Shown here in pieces: positions 38,400-51,246 of a stretch of 64,000 nucleotides of DNA. Made by a program: the position numbers and the translations under genes. Positions within the stretch are counted from its first letter, which is position 1. The number at the start of each line of letters is the position of its first letter. This DNA comes from Laetmonice hystrix (Eukaryota): positions 28,150,001 to 28,214,000 of the forward strand of contig OZ249436.1 in NCBI GenBank assembly GCA_965235115.1. The letters run 5' to 3'. Under the pieces are notes generated by a model. The model was not told the origin of the DNA, did no database searches, and was given only the letters and a program-made list of their open reading frames with translations.

Positions 38400-38720
38400 A
38401 ACACCACTGCAGACTCCACACCCACTGCAGACTCACAACTGTAACCTCCATCACCTTGAAACATCCACCCCCCAGACCCCAATTCTACCCCTGGCCCCAC
38501 AACACCTCATTTTAGACTCTCCCCCTGGAACACCCCACTGCAGACTCCATCCTCTGTAACACCTACACTGCAGACCCCAACCCAATACACACCACTGCAG
38601 CAGCCCCTCGCCCATGCACTGCATCCCCCACCCCAATACACACCACTGCAGCAGCCCCTCCCCCACTGCAACCCCCTACTGCGATCTCCACCCCCTGTAA
38701 CACCCTCACCTCAGACTCTT
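38400..38720. repeat. Degenerate C-rich repeat built on ccactgcag
   Basis: About 8 recurrences of the (c)cactgca(g) core with variable spacing. Confidence 0.6.
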
Positions 38721-40502
38721 ACCCCCTCCCCCGTAAACACCCCCCCCCCCCCTCGTAAACCTATCACCTGAACTGTCACACCTGCTGTTTCCGACCACCA
38801 CTTACAATCCCCCACCCCCAGGGTTGATCTCACACACACAGCCTGTGTCTAACCCTCTCAACTCCCCACATCCTGTCTTGGATGATGCGCGATTATATCG
38901 GCACCATCCAAGTGGGTGGCCGCTCGCGTGAGGTGCACATCCAGAACCCCCTCAATGAACATACAATATATACTAGTATGTAAGATTACCGGGTGCAGCC
39001 GGGAGCTGTCGGTCGGGGGAGTCGGACCGTGAGACGGTACCTAGTACCGAGACAACCAGGGTCGGGTTACACTGACAACCAGAAGTGTTTACCGTCTGGT
39101 CACAAGACACGATCCTCTGGGCGTACACAGAACGGAACCGACACGTTCAGGTGCATTGCCATTCTTGTCATAATGACAAAATCTATACCAGGCTTGTAAA
39201 CATGTATGAACAAGCGGGGTAAAACATTAACTTAATGATTTATAACCCTGCCATAGATACCGTCAGCACTGCGAAAAAAGGAACTAGTGAGAGACAAAAA
39301 CTGCCAGTAGAAAAAGGAAGCATCATTGTGTATCTATAATGAACTTAGACGATAGGACAAGTACATGATTTCGTGTTCCCTTAGAGGAACATGTAAAGGG
39401 CGTCTTAGAAAACCACTCCAATTTCAATTTTTAATAACTCCTTTCATGATGAACGGTAAAATACAAACAAAGACTAAAGGTAAAAAGTAAAAAAGGGGAC
39501 TTTTGTTTAATATTATATTCAGGGATTTATGTACCAAGATACAAAATAGAAAAGTTTATACAGTTTATGCACGAACATATCCAATTTACGCTCCTCGAGT
39601 AGCGATGGTCGTCTGTAATCTTGAAATAACATTGCATATGACTTTTTAGAAATGTTTCCTCAAAATACATTCACCGGCCTGTCTGAATACCGATTATTCT
39701 ACAACGAATTAAAACTGCTGCGTGATTTTTGAGACAGCCTGTATATCTGAACTTCAGTCTGTAACAACTATTTTGATAGCTCTGTCTCTGTGTCTTTCCG
39801 AACCCGTGAACTGATATCCAACAAACACCTGAAGTGTATGTGGGATCCGTTTTTAATGCGGCAGCTTTGGGTACCATCTGGCAGAAGATTATTTTCCAAT
39901 ATGGCCGTCTTCGTTAGCAACCGACGGAGGTTCTGGGAAGCGCTTGGGCTGCGGTCAGTCTTTGGCACGGGACGAACAGGTTAAATATTATATCACCATT
40001 TAATCTTGATATAGCACTATCCCTTCGAAACTACCAGACCCAACATCATCCTCAGAACCGAAATAGCAGGCCAGAGAACTGCTATATGCACACTGGTGCC
40101 AAGGGATTTATTACATTTTGTGGATTTTGTTGAGCAAAGACAGTAGAAGATGCCTCGGTAACTTGCAGTATGGCACGTAAGGAAGGCGACCACGGTCAAA
40201 AACGGCTGGTGTCTTTCCTGTGCCATTTCCCAAAACCAAAACCAAATCTGCCACGGTGAAGTAAAGGGTTAAAACTATGTTGTAATGACAAAAGTGACCA
40301 CAGTTAAGGTTTCGCACTACTAATACAGACGCTATACGCAATATACATAATTGTACACTAAGCCTCTAGCATGCAAATCAACTATCCGGTGATTGTTGTA
40401 AATTTTCAATGCAGTCAGGCTCTCCCCGTCGTAGTGATCAGCCAAACTGCACGCAGATAAGATAAGTTAAAAATATGCGCACTGTCAATGGGACACTGTT
40501 AA

Positions 40503-40784
40503 AGCAAACACCGACCATCTCTTATTTCATTGACTCCAAAATGGGCGGTTAGGTTCATCGCTCTATAAATTCCATTGGTTGTTCGAGTCATTGCTAGGTC
40601 AACAACCAGCCATGAGACGATCGCTTTATAGCAACAACAGATAACTGAAATGTTGAATTTCATTACATTTCTCCATTTCTCTGGGTATACATTTATTGAC
40701 CTATGTAGTCTAAGGCCGTATCTAACCTAACAGCACATGTCTACATTTTGCAGTCCCTGAAATAAGAGACAGTCGGTGTTTGTC
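40503..40784. mobile_element. Complete MITE with ~38-bp imperfect TIRs and TTAA TSD (Kolobok-like)
   Basis: TTAA|AGcaaacaccgaccatctcttatttca...tgaaataagagacagtcggtgtttgTC|TTAA; two further partial copies in the window. Confidence 0.8.
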
Positions 40785-43609
40785 TTAATGTAGGGTCGAC
40801 AAGTTACATTTGATCCTCAATTAGATCCCCTGCTTGGTTTTTTCCCTTTGTTACATGCACAATAGGCATAGTCTTGGTCGATATAGAGGTTCTGTTCCCT
40901 GGCGCTCTGGGAAAGAGCAGTTTCAGTTGCCTTTGTCTGTTCTGTGCGGGTAACCCCCGCTCCTGTAGGTATTTCTACACCTTGAGAATATTCCATGTAT
41001 CTATCTTTTCCCTGCTGGCTTAACTGAAGCCGTACCTGAGCAAAGCAGCAACAGTGCCATCATCAGAGCGGCAACAGTGCCACCATCAGTGTACTGTTCG
41101 TATCCACTCCCGTCCCATAACCTCTCGTCACCCCCGCGTGATTCCTGGGCCAGCCACAGGGGGGCGCCTCCAATAAATCAAGCGGAAATGATCTCCAAAC
41201 GAAGTTAGCTTTCATTACAACATAAAGTTCCACTAATGATCGGGAAAGAAACATGTTATGCACGCTGCATTATTTAGACAACCGGTAAACATTGGCAGCC
41301 TTCGCTCTCGCCATATTTGCAGATTTACGGCTTTTAAAAAAGCTGAGCATTAGGAATTTGATACTAAGACATTATATTTTTTCTCCCTTCGACCGTGTTT
41401 TTCAGAGGTTATGTCAAAGATACGTGCCCGACAGATAGCTGAACACGTGCCTTAATAGCCCGACCATGTTGACGTAACTGTATATTAAACAGAACATAGA
41501 CCTCCTTATAAATAAAATAAAACCTCAGTATAACATTCTGCAGATACCATTTCATGTCTTGTATCAACATCGCAAAACCTGCATCTGAATGTCAGGTACG
41601 AGCAACACTGTGAATTTGAGACGGTATAATTAATGTCGAGTTGAGTCTGTTTACGTTGTACATAACAAGACCATCACTTATCATATTGCCAGTCTTAATC
41701 CGGAAACTATCGGCGTTGTCGTGGCGTAAATAAGACTAATAGGATCCGTAGGTATACATGGTTCTGTAAGACGGTCAACAAGGTCCATTCAACGTCAAGA
41801 TTCGACTTCTGACGGTCTATACCTTGTTACTGCTGCTGACAAAGCCCCTGATGGATGGCCAGATCAGTGGAGCCAATCTGACATTACGGTACCCACGTGA
41901 CCGCCTGCCACGTGATCTTGACACGACACCTGCTCTCTGATTGGCCTACACCAGAACCCATGCAAATAGCAAACAAATCATCCCTGCCCCAACAGTTCCC
42001 CTAACACCTCGCTCCCTTTGCACATCGCCCACCTGTTTCTACGCTCAGCCTAAACTCTTCCCCTGTCTGTATATTAACCGACCACCCAAGTACATGACTG
42101 CTAGTCTTGTGCAAGATTTATCAATTCCAGCAGTCATCAAGAATACATTTGTTCATAATTTATTTAGGGTGCGTTTGAACTACATTGAAATAATCCAGAA
42201 AAAGAGGAAAAGAATTGTGTTGAATTCATGATTGCAGTTTGATTGATTGTCCCGCCTTTTATCAGAACAAATCCTGAAACATGATCACATCGTTCATTAC
42301 GAATGATTCTCTTCTCATGTTGACAGGCAATGGCCCACAGCCTTTACTTTTTACTCGCAATGTCTGTTTGGATTTCCATGTTCAGACTACATGCAGATGA
42401 CGGTTCATTGCAGATTTATATTACAATTAAATAAGCGAGACACTCGTAGTATGTTTCGTTCGTTGATTCGCCGTCTTTAGCAATCGGCTCTGCCGCCGTT
42501 TTCGTCACATCTCAAGCCGCTTTCAGAACTCACATACCGGTAGTAAAATACAACTCAATTTCCTTGCAGAGCTCTCCTTTAAAAATCACTTCTCCGTACA
42601 GTTGATCAAAGAGTCCCTCAAACTTGGAACCACCAAATATTCGCCTTCCTGACGTCATGCTATAGAACCGGAGATTGACTAAAGCAGACTGCCGCCATGC
42701 ACCTGTTTCATGTTTCCTCGTCCTTTCATATCAAGCTTTCATTCAAACTTATCCAACCCTTATAGTCGTGATTTATTTCCCTCGCCATAAATCAATCACT
42801 AGTATAGACGCGATAGGAGATGGCTAAAGGCTGTCGACGCTGCTTCCGTTATGTAACGTGGGGGGGATGCACCGAATAATGCCAGACAAAGCTTGAAATT
42901 CAAAACTTGTCGAGTTCTCAAGTCAAAACACTTTCTCCTGTGATCATTACAATCACTCTATTCAATTACAATCAAGTATTTCCCCTTACCGCTCCTTCAG
43001 TAATTGGACCAGCATATAAAACAAATTACTTTAACTACTTTTCTTAATTGCTGTAATTGCGTCCTGCGCAGCTCTAAAGGCAAATTGGTCTCGACATTTT
43101 CCTACACTGATTTGCATCAAAATGAGAAAATAACTTGCATGCGTCACATGAGCAAACGGGGCTTGACCACAGTCGTCGGCGTGTCTGCTGCCGAGTGACT
43201 GCCTGAAGCTTGAACTAAATGAAACCAACTAGTGTACCCAAAGTACGCAGCACATTATTAATGCCAACATTCTCAAAAGGAAAGCGGTTAGGTAGGTTAT
43301 AGGACAGGCCCATTAATCCGCCACTTTCATCCATTTTCACCTTCGGCGAGAACAGGCACATTATTCACCATTAATTCCAATCAATCGTAGACTAAAAACT
43401 TTCCAGTGTAAAAGTCTCGTGCAAGACAGCTTTATACGGACGGGCAAGCATTTTATGGGCAGACATGGTGTGAAAGCTACTCTAGGCTTGGTGTTCATTG
43501 GGTCTCCACCGTCAAGCCTGCACAATTATTGGTCGATTGCAGACCAAATCTTTTGGAGCATAACCATCAATGGTTTCAGATTCTGGCTCGAGGTCACACG
43601 ACCCCTCGC

Positions 43610-43730
43610 ATCCGGGTTCCAATCCCTCTTGGTGCTTTATGTGAGAAAGCTATTGGGTTGCTTGCTGCAAGGTCGGTGACTTTTCCGGGTTCTCCGGTTT
43701 CCTCCAAGACGATAACATGGCCTTACTTTC
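43610..43730 (+). mobile_element. tRNA-derived SINE fragment
   Basis: B-box-like GGTTCCAATCC followed by tgtgagaaag...ggtcggtg..tttccgggttctccggtttcctcca, a conserved core I recall from invertebrate SINEs. Confidence 0.65.
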
Positions 43731-46700
43731 GGAATAAAATTCCCAATTCCTATCTCTATACCACAGGCCAATGACAATAATATGCGGCTGTACATAATGT
43801 CTGTCTCTTACGGTTTACGGAAAATATCAACTGCCACTTCTAGTCAGTTGAGCACCTTGATTGTTCAATACCATCCTGCTAGGAATAAAAATAATTTTGA
43901 TAACACTGCTAATAATTCTTGCTCATCCCAACATATAAGTAACATTTACTTAGACGCTCACAATTATTACCTAAAGTTAAACCTATATGACGGCCAAAAA
44001 CAAGCTACGAAATATTATCCATCGCCACTCTGCTAACGAGAACATTATGAGACGTATACCGTTACAAACATCCAAACATAACAAATAAATATGTTGTTCC
44101 TTGTACGTTATGCAAAACTTAACAGACTGTTGTACAGTAGACCCGCATTATTTTCCACAGGCGTCTACCATTGCCTCAAGCCTTTCTTCGGGCTCTTGGT
44201 GTCGTCTTTCTGGTGGTGGGTATTAAAACAAACAGCTATGGCCCGGTTTATTTTGTCTGCAGTTAGCAAGGCTATGTGTCTGAGGGTCTCATCAGCACGG
44301 CCCTACCGGCCCAGCAGGTGAAGCCCAACATTTAGCTGGACCTCCGACCACGCCGCCCCCGGGCCCCCTGGCCCCCGTCCCCCCACCCTATCCCCGTCAG
44401 GACAAAACTCCCGCGGTAAACACACCCGGTGTGCATTCCTACCATAGCCCACATTAAGCTTAGTAAAGAGGCTTGTTTGAAAATCACAACCTTTTAAATG
44501 CTACCTCCCTCTTACATCAACCACCTAAAGGCTATCAGGTTACGAGAGGCAGGCTTAGAGCGGAGAGAGTTGGGGGCCTTTAAACAAACACAGGCATCGT
44601 TGGTGTTGTTCAAAGAACTGTAACCGGGGATTTGTATATAGACCCTACTTTGAAACCTCTATACATGTGGTCTAAGTGTGGTCCTTCACGGCACGCGCCA
44701 ATGTGGACTGAATTTACATTTTATTAAAAACCACCGCCGCCCCCTCCCCCGGAAAAAAAGGTGCAGGTTCGAACGGTAATCCTGCACGTGTCGGGGATCC
44801 AGAGTGGTTTAATGATCCCCAGAGTGTGAGTAAATATATTGTTCCTTATATATCAACAGAAGGAAGGCAGTTCTGTATACGACGCTAACAGATGCGCTTA
44901 CTTACATCCGAGCGGTTTTGTTCTGCACTATAAAGAAAGCAAGAAAAACATACGAGGAAAATAAAGCTGATGGTCCCACTAGTTCTCCGCTGACAACTTC
45001 ACAACAAAACTATAAGGCATTAACTCTAACAAACCCATAAAACCTCGCCGCCAAAAAAGTCCAAAAGTAGAGCTACAATATCGTAAATCTTGGAGTTATT
45101 AACCTTTAGGATATACACTGACACAAAGCCGTACTTCTCCGTCCAGCAATGCTAGCAGTGATCTGGCCCACCATGGGTGAAGGTATGGTTGTGATTTGGT
45201 CCCGTCATTCCACAGCTGACGTACAGGAACCCCCTGCCACCTCCTGAACAGCTCCTGACCGCCCTGGGTTACCACCGACCGGACTGTATTGAACACGGCC
45301 CTGTTGGCCGGGACCAAGTCGGTATGTGTTGGGTTAGAGGCCGACTGACAGCCCAGGCGGGATCCGGACTCTGCCGGCGGAAGGTGGTACAGGGCCGGGT
45401 AGAACTGAAGGCCCGCTGACCACGCCTTTACACCTGTCTCTCAGTCTCACAATCAGAAGTGTAAAATGTTGAAAACACAGCCCTTATCTTAAAAATCAGT
45501 CCTAGCTTTCTTTTCTACTGATAAGATCCCTGCATTCATGGTTTTCCTGCAAAGCTCTGTCAACGAGAAAAAGACAAATTAAGTTTGTCATTTGAATCTC
45601 AAACTCAACATCAACAGAATGACTAATCACTGCCTCCTTTCATCAAATGCACCGACAGGCTACTTGCTAAACTGTGACAATTCCCACGATGACCCGTTTA
45701 AGGCCCTGTCAGATTTGCGTCATTTTGTCTATAGGATTTGCGCTCCGTTTAAATTCTATCCGATACCCATCTTGAAGGGTTCCTTCTCATTTGTATAGGA
45801 GTCGAGGGTCATCTAAATTCTGACTGTGGCCAATCGTTGAAAGAGAATCTTACCCATGTGATTAATCTGTACGGGAGCACAGCTGTGGCTCCAATAGACT
45901 TTCACAGACCCATTCAGTGCGGAACTACCATTCTATACGTTTCGGACTTCCTCTGCCATTTACGACTTCCCAGGACGAGAATTCAGTGACACACAGTTAT
46001 AATATAGGAGGAAAACTGCGGTTAATTTGCGGAAAAAAACACCTCGACGGTGCCAAAATGGAAGCGCTGTGAGCTGCTTTCATGAAACTCTGGTGGTTCT
46101 TCTGGTGTCTTTATAGGATGTGCCAGCGCCATAATGTCAGTCGGGATTTTACTGACCATTTATAATTTCGGTTTGTCTAATATGAGATGACTTAACAAAC
46201 AATAAGACATTCAACATACATGTAAGTACCAGATGCAGATCGAGTTGTTAAACATAATATATCAACCGTGTTAATGAGCTCATCTGCATTAATCGTTATT
46301 TAATACGTATAAAACGACAATGGATTTCGCCATTCAGAGGTAAACAATGCGACACATTTGATGATACGGTGACTATAGTGCTCTTTGTTAATTACAATAC
46401 TTCGTTAAATGATTTTCCCATGAGTAACATGTGTGTACACGTAAAAACTTCCCTTCCTGATTTCATTTGAATGTGAGACTATCACATTTCCCATCTAGAT
46501 GTATGTAAATATTCTTTCTGTAATAGGCCGCTAATTCTGGAAATATCTAAACTACCCCATACCAATATCTACTTCCACATCTTCCATTCAATTCATTATC
46601 CTAAACCATTGTTGTCTGCCAGAAAACAAAGACTTTTCATTAATCAAGGCATCTGAGCCTGCAATTTCCTTTTCTATTGACTAACAGTTAGTGGCCCAAT

Positions 46701-47524
46701 TCCATGCCCTTAAAATAAGTTCTGCCATTACTGCTATTTTAATCCCGACGTCATGTTTTCAGACTAATCTGAAAGATATGGAGACCAGAATTTAAAGCAA
46801 AGTCTTATCCTCTATCATAACATTCGCCCCATATTCTCTCTCTCTCCGGCTTATTTGGCCTTGACCATTCTGACATCATTAAAAGGCGATGACGTCACGT
46901 TGCTAAGTGATCTCAAAAACATGTCACGCTGATGAGGTCTGGATCACTGAGGTCAACATATTATGCTGTCTCTCTCCCCATCACAATCCAGTTCAACAAA
47001 CCTTCTCTCTCTTCAGTTATTGTTAGATTCATCTATTGGACCACCCAGCCTCCACACTCATTGAATACACTGAACGGGTCTATCTGATGACAACAAACTC
47101 TTATATTAATCAAAGTTATTGCCGACAATAAAATCAATCCTAGGCGAACACATATATATCGAGATTTTTAAAAAGTCTCTTGATTCGACTCGTGTCCAAA
47201 TAGTTTTCTCTGAAGTTCAGACCAATAAATCCTTGATGAGTACACGACCAAACGGTGCAGGCATGCTGCCAGTATTCATATAGCCATTACAGACGTCCAG
47301 AACCGCCTTGTTAATATTGAACAGTGGCCGGTTTTATGATCAGAAAACATCCTATCATGATCAGGTTCTCTCGTGTACGTTTTCCACATCAACAAAGGCA
47401 GGTCGACATCAATGTAACCTGTATTGATTTTCATGGGATTCTGTCATATTATCAGGTGTGTGCTTGGCTTTGATCATCGAGGGTCGTTGGCAGTGAATAC
47501 AACACTATCGCACCGTTTAGACCT

Positions 47525-48260
47525 CGATGTGCCATGGGTGGCCACATAACTACCGTTTTCCTCAATGTGCCATGGGTGGCTATATTGTGATGCGCCATCG
47601 ATCGATCTGGCCCATCGGCCGATGGGCCTTACACATCGGTCGATCGACCAACGGGTTGCCGATCGTTTTCCTCGATGTGCCATGGGTAGCTATAACTGCC
47701 ATTTTCCTCAATGTGCCATGGGCAGCTATAACTACTGTTTTCCTCAATGTGCCATGGGCAGCTATAACTACCATTTTCCTCAATGTGCCATGGGCAGCTA
47801 TAACTACTGTTTTCCTCAATGTGCCATGGGTGGGTATAACTAGCTGTTTTCCTCAATGTGCCATTGGCAGCTATAACTACTGTTTTCCTCAATGTGCCAT
47901 GGGCAGCTATAACTACTGTTTTCCTCAATGTGCCATGGGTGGTTATAACTACTGTTTTCCTCAATATGCCATGGGCAGCTATAACTACTGTTTTCCTCAA
48001 TGTGCCATGGGCAGCTATAACTACCATTTTCCTCAATGTGCCATGGGCAGCTATAACTACTGTTTTCCTCAATGTGCCATGGGTGGTTATAACTACTGTT
48101 TTCCTCAATGTGCCATGGATGGTTATAACTACTGTTTTCTTCAATATGCCATGGGCAGCTATAACTACTGTTTTCCTCAATGTGCCTTGGGCAGCTATAA
48201 CTACTGTTTTCCTCAACGTGCCATGGCCAGCTATAACTACCATTTTCCTCAATGTGCCAT
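47525..48260. repeat. 36-bp minisatellite, ~18 copies, interrupted by a palindrome-rich segment
   Basis: Unit caatgtgccatgggcagctataactactgttttcct; interruption at ~47585-47664. Confidence 0.93.
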
Positions 48261-49056
48261 AGTTGAACTCACCGTCAACTTCAATGTGCCACGGGCTGCC
48301 TTTCAATGTGCCATGCGTGCTTAGAAATGACCTCGACCTTAATTTACATTGAAAGGGTTCACAGTGTCGAGAGTAGAGAAGAATCCATGATGACACACTG
48401 TGTACTGTACGAGGTATAGGCATTCCTCGTGTTATCTCGTGTCAGTATAGATGCAAACAGAACCTTCTCTTTGTGCACGTCACAATCTTTGATCTCCTTG
48501 TGTGAACTGGAGTCCCGATCCCGGCTTCCTCTGCTTCATCTTTTATGTTATCTCGCACACGTGTAGCTTTAATGTGAATTCTCCCGTAAGCGAATTCCCG
48601 CCTTCCTTGTTAGAAGTGCCAAGAGTCAGTGCATTAATACGCTTTGTTTAGAAACCAGGTGAACACACTTGAAACTCTACACATCCAGTATTATACGAGA
48701 TCACGCTGACACTGTCTTTGATGTCTCACATAGCTGTGAGATTTAAGACTTCGGATCCTTTACATGTTTACGTCACCATAACGGAACACGGGAAACGAAG
48801 CGATACACGAAGCCTCCGGATAGAGAAAAATTAAGAGCGTCCATTTCTGCGGACTTTGCCTGACTTTGACACGGGCCTTTAACTCCAGGCAAGGATGGTA
48901 GGTCTTAAATATAACAAGGAGCGAGTACAACAACTACTTCAAACCTCCGTGATCGAAAGCGAAAATTCCTCTAAAGACTCTACAATAAAATGATCCTAAG
49001 CTACGAACATCTGACATCTTTCTCTGTTGGACCAGCTAAACTTGTCTGAGCGTCAG

Positions 49057-51246
49057 CAACTGACAACACCATCCACCGTCTACCTGTGTCAGTGAGAGCT
49101 TACAGGTGTGGCTAGGCCCCGTCAACAGTCACCAACTGACAACACCATCCACCGTCTACCTGTGTCAGTGAGAGCTTACAGGTGTGGCTAGGCCCCGTCA
49201 ACAGTCACCAACTGACAACACCATCCACCGTCTACCTGTGTCAGTGAGAGCTTACAGGTGTGGCTAGGCCCCGTCAACAGTCACCAACTGACAACACCAT
49301 CCACCGTCTACCTGTGTCAGTCAGAGCTTACAGGTGTGGCTAGGCCCCGTCAACAGTCACCAACTGACAACACCATCCACCGTCTACCTGTGTCAGTCAG
49401 AGCTTACAGGTGTGGCTAGGCCCCGTCAACAGTCACCAACTGACAACACCATCCACCGTCTACCTGTGTCAGTCAGAGCTTACAGGTGTGGCTAGGCCCC
49501 GTCAACAGTCACCAACTGACAACACCATCCACCGTCTACCTGTGTCAGTGAGAGCTTACAGGTGTGGCTAGGCCCCGTCAACAGTCACCAACTGACAACA
49601 CCATCCACCGTCTACCTGTGTCAGTCAGAGCTTACAGGTGTGGCTAGGCCCCGTCAACAGTCACCAACTGACAACACCATCCACCGTCTACCTGTGTCAG
49701 TCAGAGCTTACAGGTGTGGCTAGGCCCCGTCAACAGTCACCAACTGACAACACCATCCACCGTCTACCTGTGTCAGTCAGAGCTTACAGGTGTGGCTAGG
49801 CCCCGTCAACAGTCACCAACTGACAACACCATCCACCGTCTACCTGTGTCAGTGAGAGCTTACAGGTGTGGCTAGGCCCCGTCAACAGTCACCAACTGAC
49901 AACACCATCCACCGTCTACCTGTGTCAGTGAGAGCTTACAGGTGTGGCTAGGCCCCGTCAACAGTCACCAACTGACAACACCATCCACCGTCTACCTGTG
50001 TCAGTGAGAGCTTACAGGTGTGGCTAGGCCCCGTCAACAGTCACCAACTGACAACACCATCCACCGTCTACCTGTGTCAGTGAGAGCTTACAGGTGTGGC
50101 TAGGCCCCGTCAACAGTCACCAACTGACAACACCATCCACCGTCTACCTGTGTCAGTCAGAGCTTACAGGTGTGGCTAGGCCCCGTCAACAGTCACCAAC
50201 TGACAACACCATCCACCGTCTACCTGTGTCAGTGAGAGCTTACAGGTGTGGCTAGGCCCCGTCAACAGTCACCAACTGACAACACCATCCACCGTCTACC
50301 TGTGTCAGTCAGAGCTTACAGGTGTGGCTAGGCCCCGTCAACAGTCACCAACTGACAACACCATCCACCGTCTACCTGTGTCAGTCAGAGCTTACAGGTG
50401 TGGCTAGGCCCCGTCAACAGTCACCAACTGACAACACCATCCACCGTCTACCTGTGTCAGTGAGAGCTTACAGGTGTGGCTAGGCCCCGTCAACAGTCAC
50501 CAACTGACAACACCATCCACCGTCTACCTGTGTCAGTGAGAGCTTACAGGTGTGGCTAGGCCCCGTCAACAGTCACCAACTGACAACACCATCCACCGTC
50601 TACCTGTGTCAGTGAGAGCTTACAGGTGTGGCTAGGCCCCGTCAACAGTCACCAACTGACAACACCATCCACCGTCTACCTGTGTCAGTGAGAGCTTACA
50701 GGTGTGGCTAGGCCCTCCCACAGTCACCAACTGACAACACCATCCACCGTCTACCTGTGTCAGTGAGAGCTTACAGGTGTGGCTAGGTTCCGTCAACAGT
50801 CACCAACTGACAACACCATCCACCGTCTACCTGTGTCAGTGAGAGCTTACAGGTGTGGCTAGGCCCCGTCAACAGTCACCAACTGACAACACCATCCACC
50901 GTCTACCTGTGTCAGTGAGAGCTTACAGGTGTGGCTAGGCCCCGTCAACAGTCACCAACTGACAACACCATCCACCGTCTACCTGTGTCAGTGAGAGCTT
51001 ACAGGTGTGGCTAGGCCCCGTCAACAGTCACCAACTGACAACACCATCCACCGTCTACCTGTGTCAGTCAGAGCTTACAGGTGTGGCTAGGCCCCGTCAA
51101 CAGTCACCAACTGACAACACCATCCACCGTCTACCTGTGTCAGTCAGAGCTTACAGGTGTGGCTAGGCCCCGTCAACAGTCACCAACTGACAACACCATC
51201 CACCGTCTACCTGTGTCAGTGAGAGCTTACAGGTGTGGCTAGGCCC
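49057..51246. repeat. Highly homogeneous 76-bp tandem array, ~29 copies
   Basis: Unit caactgacaacaccatccaccgtctacctgtgtcagt(g/c)agagcttacaggtgtggctaggccccgtcaacagtcac. Confidence 0.97.

Noticed and set aside
44161..44321. Candidate second exon of the lectin (ttttccacAG acceptor)
   Set aside because: The in-phase translation lacks CTLD C-half motifs and ends in a stop.
47527..48423. Long ORFs (265 and 264 aa) on both strands
   Set aside because: By-product of a 36-bp unit that is stop-free in several frames; no splice or domain support.
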